A stretch of 61,023 nt of DNA from Gammaproteobacteria bacterium (GTDB lineage Bacteria > Pseudomonadota > Gammaproteobacteria > GCA-001735895): assembly GCA_024232855.1 (NCBI GenBank), contig JAAEPH010000056.1, forward strand, positions 1-61,023, written 5' to 3'. Below, one piece after another: positions 10,431 to 20,026 of this stretch. Each line of letters begins with the position of its first letter. Within the stretch, counting starts at the first letter, position 1. Both the position numbers and the translations under genes were made by a program. The notes beneath the pieces were generated by a model. That model searched no databases and had not been told where the DNA came from. It saw only the letters and a program-made list of their open reading frames with translations.

Positions 10431-10877
10431 TTAAAGTTCGCCGACCAGGTTCGCCCTGGCGATATCGGCATAAGGCAGATCGAATCGTTCGCCATCTACC
10501 TCGATAGCGACCAGTTTAGAGTCAACCACACCCTGTAACCGGCCCTTGAAATTCTTCCTTCCCTGCAGCGCCACCGCGAGCCTGATCTTCGCGGTATTAC
10601 CGGAAAACAGTTCAAAGTCCGCAAGCTTGAACAGCGGTCGATCGATGCCCGGAGACGAAATCTCCAGGTCGTAGGCCTGCTTTATCGGCTCTTCGACATC
10701 CAGGATACCGCTCACCTGGTGGCTGATCGCGGCGCAATCGTCGATGTTCACGCCTGCTTCGCGATCGATGTAAACGCGCAGCGTGCCATGCCCGCCACCC
10801 GCATTGAACTCGACACCGACAAGCTCGTAGCCCATCGACTCTATGACCGGCTCGAATAGCTCCGCCAGATCGCGCAC
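10431..10877 (-). CDS. rimP: Ribosome maturation factor RimP
   Basis: GYELVGVE...LRVYID...YDLEISSPGIDRPL. GTG 10877 has a GGGAG Shine-Dalgarno; TTG 10892 is the alternative start. Confidence 0.97.
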   Translation of the reverse strand: MRDLAELFEPVIESMGYELVGVEFNAGGGHGTLRVYIDREAGVNIDDCAAISHQVSGILDVEEPIKQAYDLEISSPGIDRPLFKLADFELFSGNTAKIRLAVALQGRKNFKGRLQGVVDSKLVAIEVDGERFDLPYADIARANLVGEL

Positions 10878-10898
10878 CAGACTTGCTCCCAAAAACCA

Positions 10899-10924
10899 AT
10901 AAAAAAGGCCCTAAAGGGCCTTTT
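10899..10924 (-). terminator. Intrinsic terminator/attenuator just upstream of rimP
   Basis: AAAAGGCCC-TTTA-GGGCCTTTTTT on the minus strand. Confidence 0.8.
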
Positions 10925-11076
10925 AACTGACTACTGACTGCAAGGATCAGATCCATTGATAGCCAGTTAAATGTGCTTACAACTCCCGGCAGCAGCAAGT
11001 GCTACCTGCGGAAAGCGCTGACACGACTGCCGGATCATCGACCCCTCAGCCTGTCGGCCTGTCCCGCATACTTCGG
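10899..11076 (-). ncRNA. Candidate structured rimP leader or sRNA (~175 nt)
   Basis: Own promoter upstream; stems 11027-11033/10986-10992 and 10960-10970/10923-10933; ends in a terminator. Confidence 0.5.
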
Positions 11077-11082
11077 TGGCGC

Positions 11083-11112
11083 ATAGTACTACAGGCAACT
11101 CAATGATTACAA
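11083..11112 (-). promoter_or_regulatory. Sigma70-type promoter for the leader/rimP operon
   Basis: TTGTAA-18 nt-TACTAT followed by GC-rich GCGCCAC. Confidence 0.55.
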
Positions 11113-11134
11113 GGGTTTGTGTGCTGCGATCAAC

Positions 11135-11179
11135 TTGACGAATGTCGTCAAAAAAAAAGACTAGTCTTTGTCTAGTCTA
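11135..11179. promoter_or_regulatory. Operator palindromes of the TA module
   Basis: TTGACG-N5-CGTCAA (11135-11151) and perfect AAAGACTAGTCTTT (11156-11169), then a second CTAGTCT. Confidence 0.55.
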
Positions 11180-11196
11180 TTTATTGGATTTCCGTT

Positions 11197-11439
11197 ATGT
11201 CAGAAATCGGCACTTTTGAAGCGAAAACCCACCTTCCCAAGCTGCTGGAACGAGTGCAGAAAGGGGAACACTTTGTAATAACGAGACATGGCCACCCTGT
11301 GGCCGAACTAGTGCCTGTAAGATCGCACGACCCCGACAAAATCCGTGCAGCCATCAACAATCTCAAATCATTTCAAAAGAATCATAGCCTCGGCGATTTA
11401 TCAGTTCGAGAATTAATCGACGAAGGACGTAAATACTGA
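11197..11439 (+). CDS. Phd/YefM-family antitoxin
   Basis: IGTFEAKTHLPKLLERVQKGEHFVITRHGHPVAELVP. Confidence 0.93.
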   Translation: MSEIGTFEAKTHLPKLLERVQKGEHFVITRHGHPVAELVPVRSHDPDKIRAAINNLKSFQKNHSLGDLSVRELIDEGRKY

Positions 11440-11852
11440 CGGCATTCGTGCTGGACTGCTCTATGACCATGGCCTGGGTATTTTCTGATAAGACCAATGA
11501 GTTCACCGACGCCTTGCGCGACTCCCTTTTGAAGGAGAACGCAGTAGCTCCAGTGCTCTGGCCGATAGAGGTAGGCAATGTCCTGTTAGTTGCAATGCGT
11601 CGTGGACGAATTACCACGGAAGACTGGATACGAATCCGTGATGATCTTGACGCATTGCCAATTGATATAGATCCGGACTCATATGAGCGCGTACTGGATA
11701 CGGTGCTACCTCTGGCGGACGAGCACGCCTTATCGGTTTACGACGCTATGTACCTTGAACTAGCACTCAGGCGCGGGCTGCCACTCGCAACATTGGACCG
11801 GAAGCTGATCGAGGCTGCGAACGCTGCCGGAATTGAGGCTCTTTGCCCATAA
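11436..11852 (+). CDS. vapC: VapC-family PIN-domain toxin
   Basis: (AFV)LDCS...EVGN...LSVYDAMYLELA...LATLD. Start uncertain: CTG 11436, ACG 11439 or GTG 11448. Confidence 0.92.
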   Translation: MTAFVLDCSMTMAWVFSDKTNEFTDALRDSLLKENAVAPVLWPIEVGNVLLVAMRRGRITTEDWIRIRDDLDALPIDIDPDSYERVLDTVLPLADEHALSVYDAMYLELALRRGLPLATLDRKLIEAANAAGIEALCP

Positions 11853-12063
11853 GAAGAGACAGGTTTCCAGGCCCAGCCGTACTTGTTTGCGAGCACAGGG
11901 ACACATACCAGTCCATTACCGTTTTGTTAACAGTTTTCCCACCACATCAGGATATTCCACCAAAGGGTGTTTATCCGAAATAACCAGATTACTCTTTACC
12001 GGTAGAGACGGTATAGCGCGAAAGCGCCTGGCGAATTTCCTGGAATTTTCCAGGGGGCCGTCC

Positions 12064-12098
12064 GGGACAGACGCCTTTGAATCCGGAGTGTGTGTCCC
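12064..12098. repeat. GGGACAGAC...GTGTGTCCC REP-like inverted repeat
   Basis: Related to 52387-52410 and to half-sites at 455, 701, 2139 and 11898. Confidence 0.55.
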
Positions 12099-12262
12099 AT
12101 GGGACCATGGTTCTCTGCCCCCCCCATTGTGCGCTTTTCAGTGTCTGCTATCTGGAAGCATATCTGCGATGTCAATGCGACTGATAAATCTGAATCTCTG
12201 AAGATGACTATCTAACCATCGGACAATGTATCCGGTGAATTCTTTCAATTTGACCCATAACG

Positions 12263-12315
12263 CAAAAAAAGATCTATACACGCTGGTGCCTTTTGAGCAC
12301 CGTATAGATCTTTTT
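12263..12315 (-). terminator. Long hairpin with U-tract downstream of tRNA-fMet
   Basis: AAAAAGATCTATAC...GTATAGATCTTTTT with inner GGTGC/GCACC stem. Confidence 0.65.
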
Positions 12316-12324
12316 CGCTGTGTT

Positions 12325-12401
<77 letters not shown>

Positions 12402-12414
12402 TCAGAGGCGCGGA

Positions 12415-12443
12415 ATGATAGCCAGCTTTACGGGGTTTTACAA
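12415..12443 (-). promoter_or_regulatory. tRNA promoter with GC-rich discriminator
   Basis: TTGTAA-17 nt-TATCAT-TCCGCGCC. Confidence 0.7.
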
Positions 12444-12475
12444 GAGGTGTACGGGCTATTTCGAACTATTTTTCA

Positions 12476-12579
12476 TCATTCCCGCGCAAGCGGGAACCCG
12501 TTGGCGGCGGCGCGACGAAAAGATTGCTTCGTCGCTTAGCTCCTCGCAATGACGGAGGGGTATCGGGCGCGGGGATGAC
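12476..12579. repeat. Composite palindromic REP/RPE-like repeat
   Basis: TCATTCCCGCGCAAGCGGGAACCC ... AGATTGCTTCGTCGCTTAGCTCCTCGCAATGAC ... CGCGGGGATGAC. Confidence 0.7.
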
Positions 12580-12595
12580 GAGAAATTAGCCTGGG

Positions 12596-14047
12596 CTAGC
12601 TGAATGCGAGAATACAGTAAGCCATCAGTATCGACGGGAAGACACCGAGCAGAATCAGGCTCAGGCTGTTGGCGCTGAGCAGTATTTTGACATCGAGCGC
12701 CTCCTTGATAGTGGTGGTTTGTTCGGCCATCGGCTTGTCGAAATACATGACCTTGATGATACGCAGGTAGTAGAACAGGCCGATCACCGAAAACAGCACC
12801 GCAACGATTGCGAGCCAGACCATGTCCACCTGAATGACGGCCTGGAGTACGCTCAGCTTGGCGTAGAATCCCACCGTCGGCGGCACTCCGGCCATCGAAA
12901 ACATGGCGATGGCGAGCAGGGCCGCATACCAGGGATTACCGTCGTTCAAACCCGACAGATCGCTGATTTCCTCGGCCTCGAATCCCTTGCGGTTGAGCAC
13001 CAGTAAAACACCGAAGGCGACCGATGCAGTGATCGCGTAGGTGATGGTATAAAACATGGCCGAGGCATAACCGTTAGCGCTGGTCGAGAGGATACCGAGC
13101 AGGATGAAGCCGACATGGGAGATGGTCGAATAGGCGAGCATGCGTTTGAAGTTGGTCTGCGCGATGGCGATGACATTACCCAGCGCCATCGATGCGATGG
13201 CAAGCGCCGTCAGCATTTGCGACCAGTCGACCTGCAGATCACCCAGCCCATCGACCAGCAGTCGAATGGCCATGGCGAAACCGGCAATCTTCGGCGCCGT
13301 GCCGATGAACAGGGCTACCGAGGTCGGCGCGCCCTGGTAAATGTCGGGCATCCACATGTGGAACGGTACCGCACCGAGCTTGAAACACAGCCCGACGACG
13401 ATAAAGGTGAGCGCAAATCCGAGCGCGACCGGGTGCTCGGCCATCTGCCCTTTCACCGAGGCGGATAACTGGGTAAGGTCGAGCGTGCCGGTGATGCCGT
13501 AAAAGATGGAGATGCCATACAGCAACAGGCCCGATGCCATGGCGCCAAGCACGAAATACTTCATCGCCGATTCCGAGGAACGCAGCGAGTTGCGATTGAA
13601 TGCGATCATCGCGTACAGCGACAGCGACAGCAACTCCAGTCCGAGGTACACCAGCAGAAACGAATGCGCCGAAATCATGACCATCATGCCGAGCGTCGCA
13701 AACAGGCCGAGCACGTAGTATTCACCCTTGTAAATATCGTGATCGGCGAGGTAATCGCGCGAGTAGACGAACACCATTATGGTGATTGCGCAAACCGCGA
13801 TCTTCAACACCACCGCCAGCTGATCGAGCACGAAGGAGCCGCCGAAACTGCTAACCGCCGACGCCGGCGCGACCAGGGCTACGGCGCCGATGGCAAGCGC
13901 CAGCGTCAGCACCGACAACAGCAGCGTGAAACCGCGTTTTTCCTGGGGCAGGAACAGGTCGACCACCAGCACCAGGCAGGTCATCGCAAGCATCACCATC
14001 TCGGGCAATGCGGGCATCAGGTCGGGTTGTACGAACTCGGCGGTCAT
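12596..14047 (-). CDS. nuoN: NADH-quinone oxidoreductase subunit N
   Basis: ESAMKYFVLGA, FKLGAVPFHMW; last gene of the operon. Confidence 0.98.
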   Translation of the reverse strand: MTAEFVQPDLMPALPEMVMLAMTCLVLVVDLFLPQEKRGFTLLLSVLTLALAIGAVALVAPASAVSSFGGSFVLDQLAVVLKIAVCAITIMVFVYSRDYLADHDIYKGEYYVLGLFATLGMMVMISAHSFLLVYLGLELLSLSLYAMIAFNRNSLRSSESAMKYFVLGAMASGLLLYGISIFYGITGTLDLTQLSASVKGQMAEHPVALGFALTFIVVGLCFKLGAVPFHMWMPDIYQGAPTSVALFIGTAPKIAGFAMAIRLLVDGLGDLQVDWSQMLTALAIASMALGNVIAIAQTNFKRMLAYSTISHVGFILLGILSTSANGYASAMFYTITYAITASVAFGVLLVLNRKGFEAEEISDLSGLNDGNPWYAALLAIAMFSMAGVPPTVGFYAKLSVLQAVIQVDMVWLAIVAVLFSVIGLFYYLRIIKVMYFDKPMAEQTTTIKEALDVKILLSANSLSLILLGVFPSILMAYCILAFS

Positions 14048-15558
14048 ATCTTTGGATTCGCAATGTGATTGAGCAGGTTTTCGATGGTCGGATGCATGAC
14101 TTCAACCAGTGGGTCTGGCCACAGGCCAAGTGCGAGCACGGCAATCGCGAGGAGCGCCAGGAACAGAAATTCACGTTTGTTGATATCGGTCAGGGCGCGC
14201 ACATTGTCGTTGGCGATATCACCGAAGACGACGCGCTTTACCATCCACAGGGTATAGGCCGCGCCCAGGATCAGCGTGGTCGCGGCGAGGAATGCGATCC
14301 AGAAACTGGCCTTGAAACTGGCCAGGATAACCATGAACTCGCCCACAAAACCCGAAGTACCGGGCAGCCCGGCATTGGCCATGGCGAAAAACACCATGAA
14401 GGCGGCGAATACCGGCATGGTATTGACGACACCGCCGTAATCGGCGATCTGGCGACTGTGCATGCGGTCGTACATCACGCCGACACAGAGGAACAGCGCG
14501 CCGGAGATGAAACCGTGCGATACCATTTGCACCATGCCGCCTTCGAGTGCCAGCGCCGCACCCTGTTCGCCATATTCGGAATTGACGATACGAAATACGA
14601 TGAAAAAGCCGAGCGTGACGAAACCCATGTGCGCGATCGACGAGTAGGCGATCAGTTTCTTCATATCGCGCTGCACCAGCGCGACAAAACCGATGTAGAC
14701 GACCGCGGTCAGCGACATGGTGATGATCAGCCAGTCGAGTTCGGCGCTGGCGTCCGGCGTGATCGGCAGACTGAAGCGCAGAAAGCCGTAGCCGCCGATT
14801 TTCAACATGATCGCGGCCAGGATAACCGAGCCGCCGGTGGGCGCCTCGACGTGCGCATCCGGTAACCAGGTGTGCACCGGCCACATCGGCACCTTGACCG
14901 CGAAGGCGACCAGCATGGCGAGGAAAATCAGCACCTGCTCGGTCATCGACAGCCTCAGGTGATGGAAGTCGAAGATGGCGAAACTGCCGGATTGCGAGTA
15001 CATGTAGATCAACGCCACCAGCATCAACACCGAGCCGATGAAGGTATAGAGGAAGAACTTGAGCGTTGCGTAAATGCGGTTGGCGCCGCCCCAGATACCG
15101 ATTATCAGGAACATTGGAATCAGCATCGCTTCAAACATGATGTAGAACAGGATCGAATCGAGCGCGGAGAAAGTGCCGATCATGAAACCTTCCATGATCA
15201 GAAACGCGGCCATGTATTGCGAGGCGCGGTACTGGATCACTTCCCAGGCCGAGATAACCACGATCACCGTGGTGAACGAGGTCAGCAGTATCAACGGCAT
15301 CGAGATTCCGTCGATACCGAGGTAGTACTCGATGTTGAAGGCAGCAATCCACTCGTGGCGTTCGACGAACTGCATCAGATGCGTTTGCGTATTGAATTGG
15401 GTGTACAGCGGCAGCGTCAACAGGAGGGTGATAATCGACACCAGCAGCGCAATCTTACGCGCCCCCGAAGGTTCCCTGTCACCCGCGAACAACACCAGGA
15501 TACCGCCGAATATCGGCGTCCAGATCGCAAGGCTCAGTAATGGCCAGTCAGCATACAT
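14044..15558 (-). CDS. nuoM: NADH-quinone oxidoreductase subunit M
   Basis: KVPMWPVHTWLPDAHVEAPT. Confidence 0.98.
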   Translation of the reverse strand: MYADWPLLSLAIWTPIFGGILVLFAGDREPSGARKIALLVSIITLLLTLPLYTQFNTQTHLMQFVERHEWIAAFNIEYYLGIDGISMPLILLTSFTTVIVVISAWEVIQYRASQYMAAFLIMEGFMIGTFSALDSILFYIMFEAMLIPMFLIIGIWGGANRIYATLKFFLYTFIGSVLMLVALIYMYSQSGSFAIFDFHHLRLSMTEQVLIFLAMLVAFAVKVPMWPVHTWLPDAHVEAPTGGSVILAAIMLKIGGYGFLRFSLPITPDASAELDWLIITMSLTAVVYIGFVALVQRDMKKLIAYSSIAHMGFVTLGFFIVFRIVNSEYGEQGAALALEGGMVQMVSHGFISGALFLCVGVMYDRMHSRQIADYGGVVNTMPVFAAFMVFFAMANAGLPGTSGFVGEFMVILASFKASFWIAFLAATTLILGAAYTLWMVKRVVFGDIANDNVRALTDINKREFLFLALLAIAVLALGLWPDPLVEVMHPTIENLLNHIANPKI

Positions 15559-15592
15559 AATTTTAAGCTTTATCCATTTTCGTTATTCTGCC

Positions 15593-17545
15593 CTAGCCCA
15601 GCACGGCCCAACCCAACAACAGGATCAGCCCGGATATCATCGCGAACGCGTAGTGGTTCAGGTAACCGGTTTGTACGTGGCGCGCCACGCCCGCAAACCA
15701 GCCCACCAGGCGCACGCTGCCGTTGACGATGAGACCGTCGATCACGAGCGCATCGCCGAGCCGCCACAGCACCTGCCCTACCGCGCGCGCCGTCCCGGCA
15801 AAGACGATTTCATTGAAACGATCGAAGTAGTACTTGTTGTCGAGCAGTTGGTAAATCCACTCCATGCGCTGTCGGATAGCGCTGGCGAGCTGTGGTTTAC
15901 GCAGATAAATGTACCAGGCGCTGATGACACCGGCGGCGGCGAGCCAGGTCGGGCCGGGCGCGAGACCGTGTACAACGAAACTGGCCGGACCATGAAATGC
16001 TTCAGCCACCGCGGCCATCGCGCCATGCTCGCGGAATATAATGATCGCCTGGTCGAAGAAATCGGTGAACAACACGGTTTCGATGGTAAGCCAGCCGATG
16101 ATCGCCGAGGGAATCGCCAGCAGAATCAATGGCACGGTGACCACGGGCGCGGTTTCGTGCAGGTGCTCGCGCGTGTGCTCGTCCATGCGTTCCTCTCCGT
16201 GGAATACCAGGAAGAACATGCGGAAGGAATAAAACGCTGTGACGAACACGCCCAGCAGAACGGCAAGGTAAGCGTAACCGGCGCCCCAGACATCAGCGTT
16301 TTTGGTCGCGATCAGGATCGCATCCTTGGAAAAATAGCCCGAGCTTCCCGGGAAGCCGATCAGCGCCAGCGAACCCACCAGCGACACCCAGTAGGTGATC
16401 GGCATGTATTTCTTGAGACCGCCCATCTTGCGGATATCCTGCTCATGGTGCATGGCGATGATTACCGAGCCGGCAGCGAGGAACAGCAACGCCTTGAAGA
16501 ATGCGTGCGTCATCAGGTGGAAAATCGCGGCCGAGTAAGCCGAAGCGCCGAGCGCCACCGTCATGTAACCCAGCTGCGACAGCGTCGAGTAGGCGACCAC
16601 GCGCTTGATGTCGTTTTGCACGATGCCGATCAGGCCCATGAAAAAGGCCGTGGTCGCACCGATGACGATAACGAAGGACAGCGCGGTTTCTGATAATTCG
16701 AACAGCGGCGACATGCGCGCCACCATGAAGATGCCGGCGGTTACCATGGTCGCCGCGTGGATCAACGCCGAGATCGGGGTCGGGCCTTCCATCGAATCGG
16801 GCAGCCACACGTGCAGCGGCACCTGCGCCGATTTACCCATGGCGCCGATAAACAGCAGAATACAGGCGAGCGTGATCACCGACCAGTCCATTCCCGGAAT
16901 CACCTGCATGGTCGCCGTCACCATGCTGTCGGCGCGATCGAAGACTTCGTAGTAATCGAGCGAACCGGTAAACATCAGCAACACGGCGATGCCGAGCAAA
17001 AAGCCGAAATCACCGACACGGTTGACGAGAAAAGCCTTCATGTTGGCGTAAATCGCGGTTTCCTTCTTGAACCAGAAACCGATCAGTAAGTATGACACCA
17101 GCCCCACCGCTTCCCAGCCGAAGAACAGTTGCAGGAAGTTGTTCGACATGACCAGCATCAGCATCGAGAAGGTAAACAGCGAGATATAGCTGAAGAAACG
17201 CTGGTAGCCATCATCGTCATGCATGTAGCCGATGGTATAGATGTGCACCATCAACGAGACCCCGCTCACCACCGCTATCATCAACGCGGTCAGGCCATCG
17301 ATAAGGAAACCGATTTCGAAGCGGATGCCGTCGCTGATCATCCAGGTATACACGGAATAGTTGTAGATCGGTGCGCCGTCGACGGCGACGTTCTTGAGCA
17401 CCAGCAGGGACAGGACAAAGGATACGGCGACGCCGATAATGGTGACGCAATGCGCGCCCGAGCGGCCGATCTGTTTGCCGAAGAAACCGGCGATAATCGC
17501 ACCCAACAGCGAAGCCAGTGGAATAGCGAGGTATACGAGTTCCAT
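15593..17545 (-). CDS. nuoL: NADH-quinone oxidoreductase subunit L
   Basis: GKSAQVPLHVWLPDSMEGPTPISALIHAATMV; start ATG 17545 (or GTG 17551). Confidence 0.98.
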   Translation of the reverse strand: MELVYLAIPLASLLGAIIAGFFGKQIGRSGAHCVTIIGVAVSFVLSLLVLKNVAVDGAPIYNYSVYTWMISDGIRFEIGFLIDGLTALMIAVVSGVSLMVHIYTIGYMHDDDGYQRFFSYISLFTFSMLMLVMSNNFLQLFFGWEAVGLVSYLLIGFWFKKETAIYANMKAFLVNRVGDFGFLLGIAVLLMFTGSLDYYEVFDRADSMVTATMQVIPGMDWSVITLACILLFIGAMGKSAQVPLHVWLPDSMEGPTPISALIHAATMVTAGIFMVARMSPLFELSETALSFVIVIGATTAFFMGLIGIVQNDIKRVVAYSTLSQLGYMTVALGASAYSAAIFHLMTHAFFKALLFLAAGSVIIAMHHEQDIRKMGGLKKYMPITYWVSLVGSLALIGFPGSSGYFSKDAILIATKNADVWGAGYAYLAVLLGVFVTAFYSFRMFFLVFHGEERMDEHTREHLHETAPVVTVPLILLAIPSAIIGWLTIETVLFTDFFDQAIIIFREHGAMAAVAEAFHGPASFVVHGLAPGPTWLAAAGVISAWYIYLRKPQLASAIRQRMEWIYQLLDNKYYFDRFNEIVFAGTARAVGQVLWRLGDALVIDGLIVNGSVRLVGWFAGVARHVQTGYLNHYAFAMISGLILLLGWAVLG

Positions 17546-17547
17546 AC

Positions 17548-17859
17548 TCACCACTTTAACTCCTTGATATCTTCGACGTTTATCGAGCCCCTGTTACGGA
17601 ACAGCACCACCAGGATGGCAAGCCCGATGGCGGCCTCCGCTGCAGCCACCGTGAGGATGAAGAACACGAATACCTGTCCAGCGAGATCATTGAGATAGTG
17701 CGAAAAGGCGAGGAAATTCAGGTTGACCGACAGCAGCATCAACTCGATCGACATCAACAGGATGATGATGTTCTTGCGATTGATGACGATACCGGCGATC
17801 GAGATGCTGAACAGCACCGCGGCCAGGATCAGGTAATGGCTTAGCGTCAGCGTCATCAT
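17548..17859 (-). CDS. nuoK: NADH-quinone oxidoreductase subunit K
   Basis: LMSIELML...[12 protein letters not shown]. Confidence 0.98.
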   Translation of the reverse strand: MMTLTLSHYLILAAVLFSISIAGIVINRKNIIILLMSIELMLLSVNLNFLAFSHYLNDLAGQVFVFFILTVAAAEAAIGLAILVVLFRNRGSINVEDIKELKW

Positions 17860-18458
17860 CACTCCTCGCTACTCGGCATCTTGACGATACGCAGGCGATC
17901 CGCCTTGCGCACCGAAATCTGCGCCGCCGGGCTCTGGTACTTGGTTTTGCCGCGTTTGCGCAGGGTCAGCGAAATCGCCGCAATGATGGCGACCAACAGA
18001 ATTACCGCGGCAATTTCGAAGGCAAACACGTAATCGGTATACAGTACGCCCCCGAGCGCCTTGGTATTGCTGTAGTCAGCCGCCCTGGCAACCGGCTCGG
18101 AGCCCACATCCATGAAGAAGACGTCACTGGTCACCACGCTCAGCATGATGCCCAGCATGATCACCGCGACCGCGAGGCCCAGCGGCAGGTGACGTACAAA
18201 ACCCTCGCGCATGCGCGCAACATTGATATCGAGCATCATCACCACGAAAATAAACAACACCATCACCGCGCCGACATACACCAACACCAGGCTGATGGCG
18301 AGAAATTCGGCTTCCAGCGTCATCCATATCACCGCACTGGTGAAAAAGGTCAGCACCAGGAACAGCGCCGCGTGCACCGGGTTCCTGACGGTGACGACCG
18401 CGCAGGCGCTGACGACCGTTGTGACCGCGAAAACGTAAAATATGATGGTTTCTATCAT
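17859..18458 (-). CDS. nuoJ: NADH-quinone oxidoreductase subunit J
   Basis: [10 protein letters not shown]...[10 protein letters not shown]. Confidence 0.98.
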   Translation of the reverse strand: MIETIIFYVFAVTTVVSACAVVTVRNPVHAALFLVLTFFTSAVIWMTLEAEFLAISLVLVYVGAVMVLFIFVVMMLDINVARMREGFVRHLPLGLAVAVIMLGIMLSVVTSDVFFMDVGSEPVARAADYSNTKALGGVLYTDYVFAFEIAAVILLVAIIAAISLTLRKRGKTKYQSPAAQISVRKADRLRIVKMPSSEE

Positions 18459-18477
18459 TGTCGAATTTTCTTCATGA

Positions 18478-18969
18478 TTACCGGTAAGGGGCGTCAGCGG
18501 CTTTATCCGCGGCCAGTTGTGCTTCGTAGCGATCCCCGATCTCGAGCAGTTTTTCCTTGGTCATGATGTTTTCACCCCGGTTTTCGAAGTGATATTCAAA
18601 CACATTGGTTTCCACGATCGAATCGACCGGGCAGGCCTCTTCGCAGAATCCACAATAAATGCACTTGAACAAATCGATGTCATAGCGCGTGGTGCGACGG
18701 CTTCCGTCCTCGCGCTGTTCCGATTCGATGGTGATCGCAAGCGCCGGGCACACCGCCTCGCAAAGCTTGCAGGCGATACAGCGTTCTTCGCCGTTGGCGT
18801 AGCGGCGCAAGGCGTGCAGGCCACGAAAGCGCGGGCTGATCGGCGTCTTCTGTTCCGGGTACTGAATGGTGAACTTGCGGCGGAAAAAGTAACGTCCGGT
18901 CACGCTCAATCCCTTTAGCAACTCGAGAAAGAGGAAGCTTTTGAGATATAAATTTATTTTCGCGAGCAT
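18478..18969 (-). CDS. nuoI: NADH-quinone oxidoreductase subunit I
   Basis: Two CxxCxxCxxxCP motifs; start ATG 18969. Confidence 0.98.
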   Translation of the reverse strand: MLAKINLYLKSFLFLELLKGLSVTGRYFFRRKFTIQYPEQKTPISPRFRGLHALRRYANGEERCIACKLCEAVCPALAITIESEQREDGSRRTTRYDIDLFKCIYCGFCEEACPVDSIVETNVFEYHFENRGENIMTKEKLLEIGDRYEAQLAADKAADAPYR

Positions 18970-18973
18970 AAGC

Positions 18974-20026
18974 TTAACCGAACCAGGGGCCGATCTTGAA
19001 GTAAACCGCGACACCCTCGACCGCGAGCCAGAATATCGTCACCGGCAACAACACCTTCCAGCCGAGGCGCATGATCTGATCATAGCGATAGCGTGGAAAC
19101 GTCGCCCTGAACCACAGCAGCAACAACATGAAAAACGCGGTCTTGCCGAACAACCAGCCGATACTGTCCCCGGCCAATTCGGGCACGGGGCTCAACCATC
19201 CGCCGAAAAACAACAACGAGCACAGCATCGCGATGAGAATCATGTTGGCGTATTCGGCGAGGAAAAATACCGCGAAGGTCATGCCCGAATATTCGACGTG
19301 GAAGCCGGCGACGATTTCCGATTCGCCCTCGGCGACATCGAAGGGCGCGCGGTTGGTCTCGGCAACGCCCGAAATCAGGTAGACGAAGAACAACGGCAGC
19401 AAGGGAATGAAAAACCAGTGGCCGATGCCGCCGGACTGTTTGGCGACGATTTCACCGAGGTTGAGACTGCCGCCCACCATCAGTACGCCGACCAGCGCAA
19501 AGCCCATCGCGATTTCATAGGCGACGATCTGCGCGGCCGAGCGCATCGCCCCGAGCAGGGCATACTTCGAATTCGAGGCCCAACCGGCGATGATGACGCC
19601 ATAAACCCCGACCGAGGTCATCGCCAGGATGTAAAGCAGGCCGGCGTTGATATCGGCGAATACCAGCGTGTCGGTAAACGGGATTACCGCCCAGGCGGCC
19701 ATGGCCGGGGCGAAGGTGATTATCGGAGCGATAATGAAGAGGTAGCGATTCGAGTTGGTCGGAATGATGATTTCCTTGAACATCAGCTTGAACATATCCG
19801 CAAACGGCTGCAACAGTCCCTTGGGACCGACCCGGTTGGGGCCCTTGCGAACTTGCATGTAACCGATGACCTTGCGTTCCGCATAGGTGTAATAGGCGAC
19901 CACGATAAACAGCGGCAACAGGATGATCAGCGCCTTGACGCCGCTGAAGATCGTGTACTGCACGTACTCGTGCAGCCACTCCCAGATCGGCATCAGAAAT
20001 TCAGGTATCCAGGATTCTCCTATCAC
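18974..20026 (-). CDS. nuoH: NADH-quinone oxidoreductase subunit H
   Basis: ERKVIG...GPNRVG...AETNRAPFD; GTG overlapping the nuoG stop. Confidence 0.98.
   Translation of the reverse strand: MIGESWIPEFLMPIWEWLHEYVQYTIFSGVKALIILLPLFIVVAYYTYAERKVIGYMQVRKGPNRVGPKGLLQPFADMFKLMFKEIIIPTNSNRYLFIIAPIITFAPAMAAWAVIPFTDTLVFADINAGLLYILAMTSVGVYGVIIAGWASNSKYALLGAMRSAAQIVAYEIAMGFALVGVLMVGGSLNLGEIVAKQSGGIGHWFFIPLLPLFFVYLISGVAETNRAPFDVAEGESEIVAGFHVEYSGMTFAVFFLAEYANMILIAMLCSLLFFGGWLSPVPELAGDSIGWLFGKTAFFMLLLLWFRATFPRYRYDQIMRLGWKVLLPVTIFWLAVEGVAVYFKIGPWFG

Noticed and set aside
10925-11076. SRP RNA, 6S RNA or a riboswitch
   Set aside because: Lacks the hallmark motifs I can recognise; kept only as an unassigned leader.
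11833-12201. 122-aa ORF after vapC, and the small ORFs at 433-657 and 1611-1995
   Set aside because: Weak starts, no family features, and some overlap repeats; probably non-coding or decayed.
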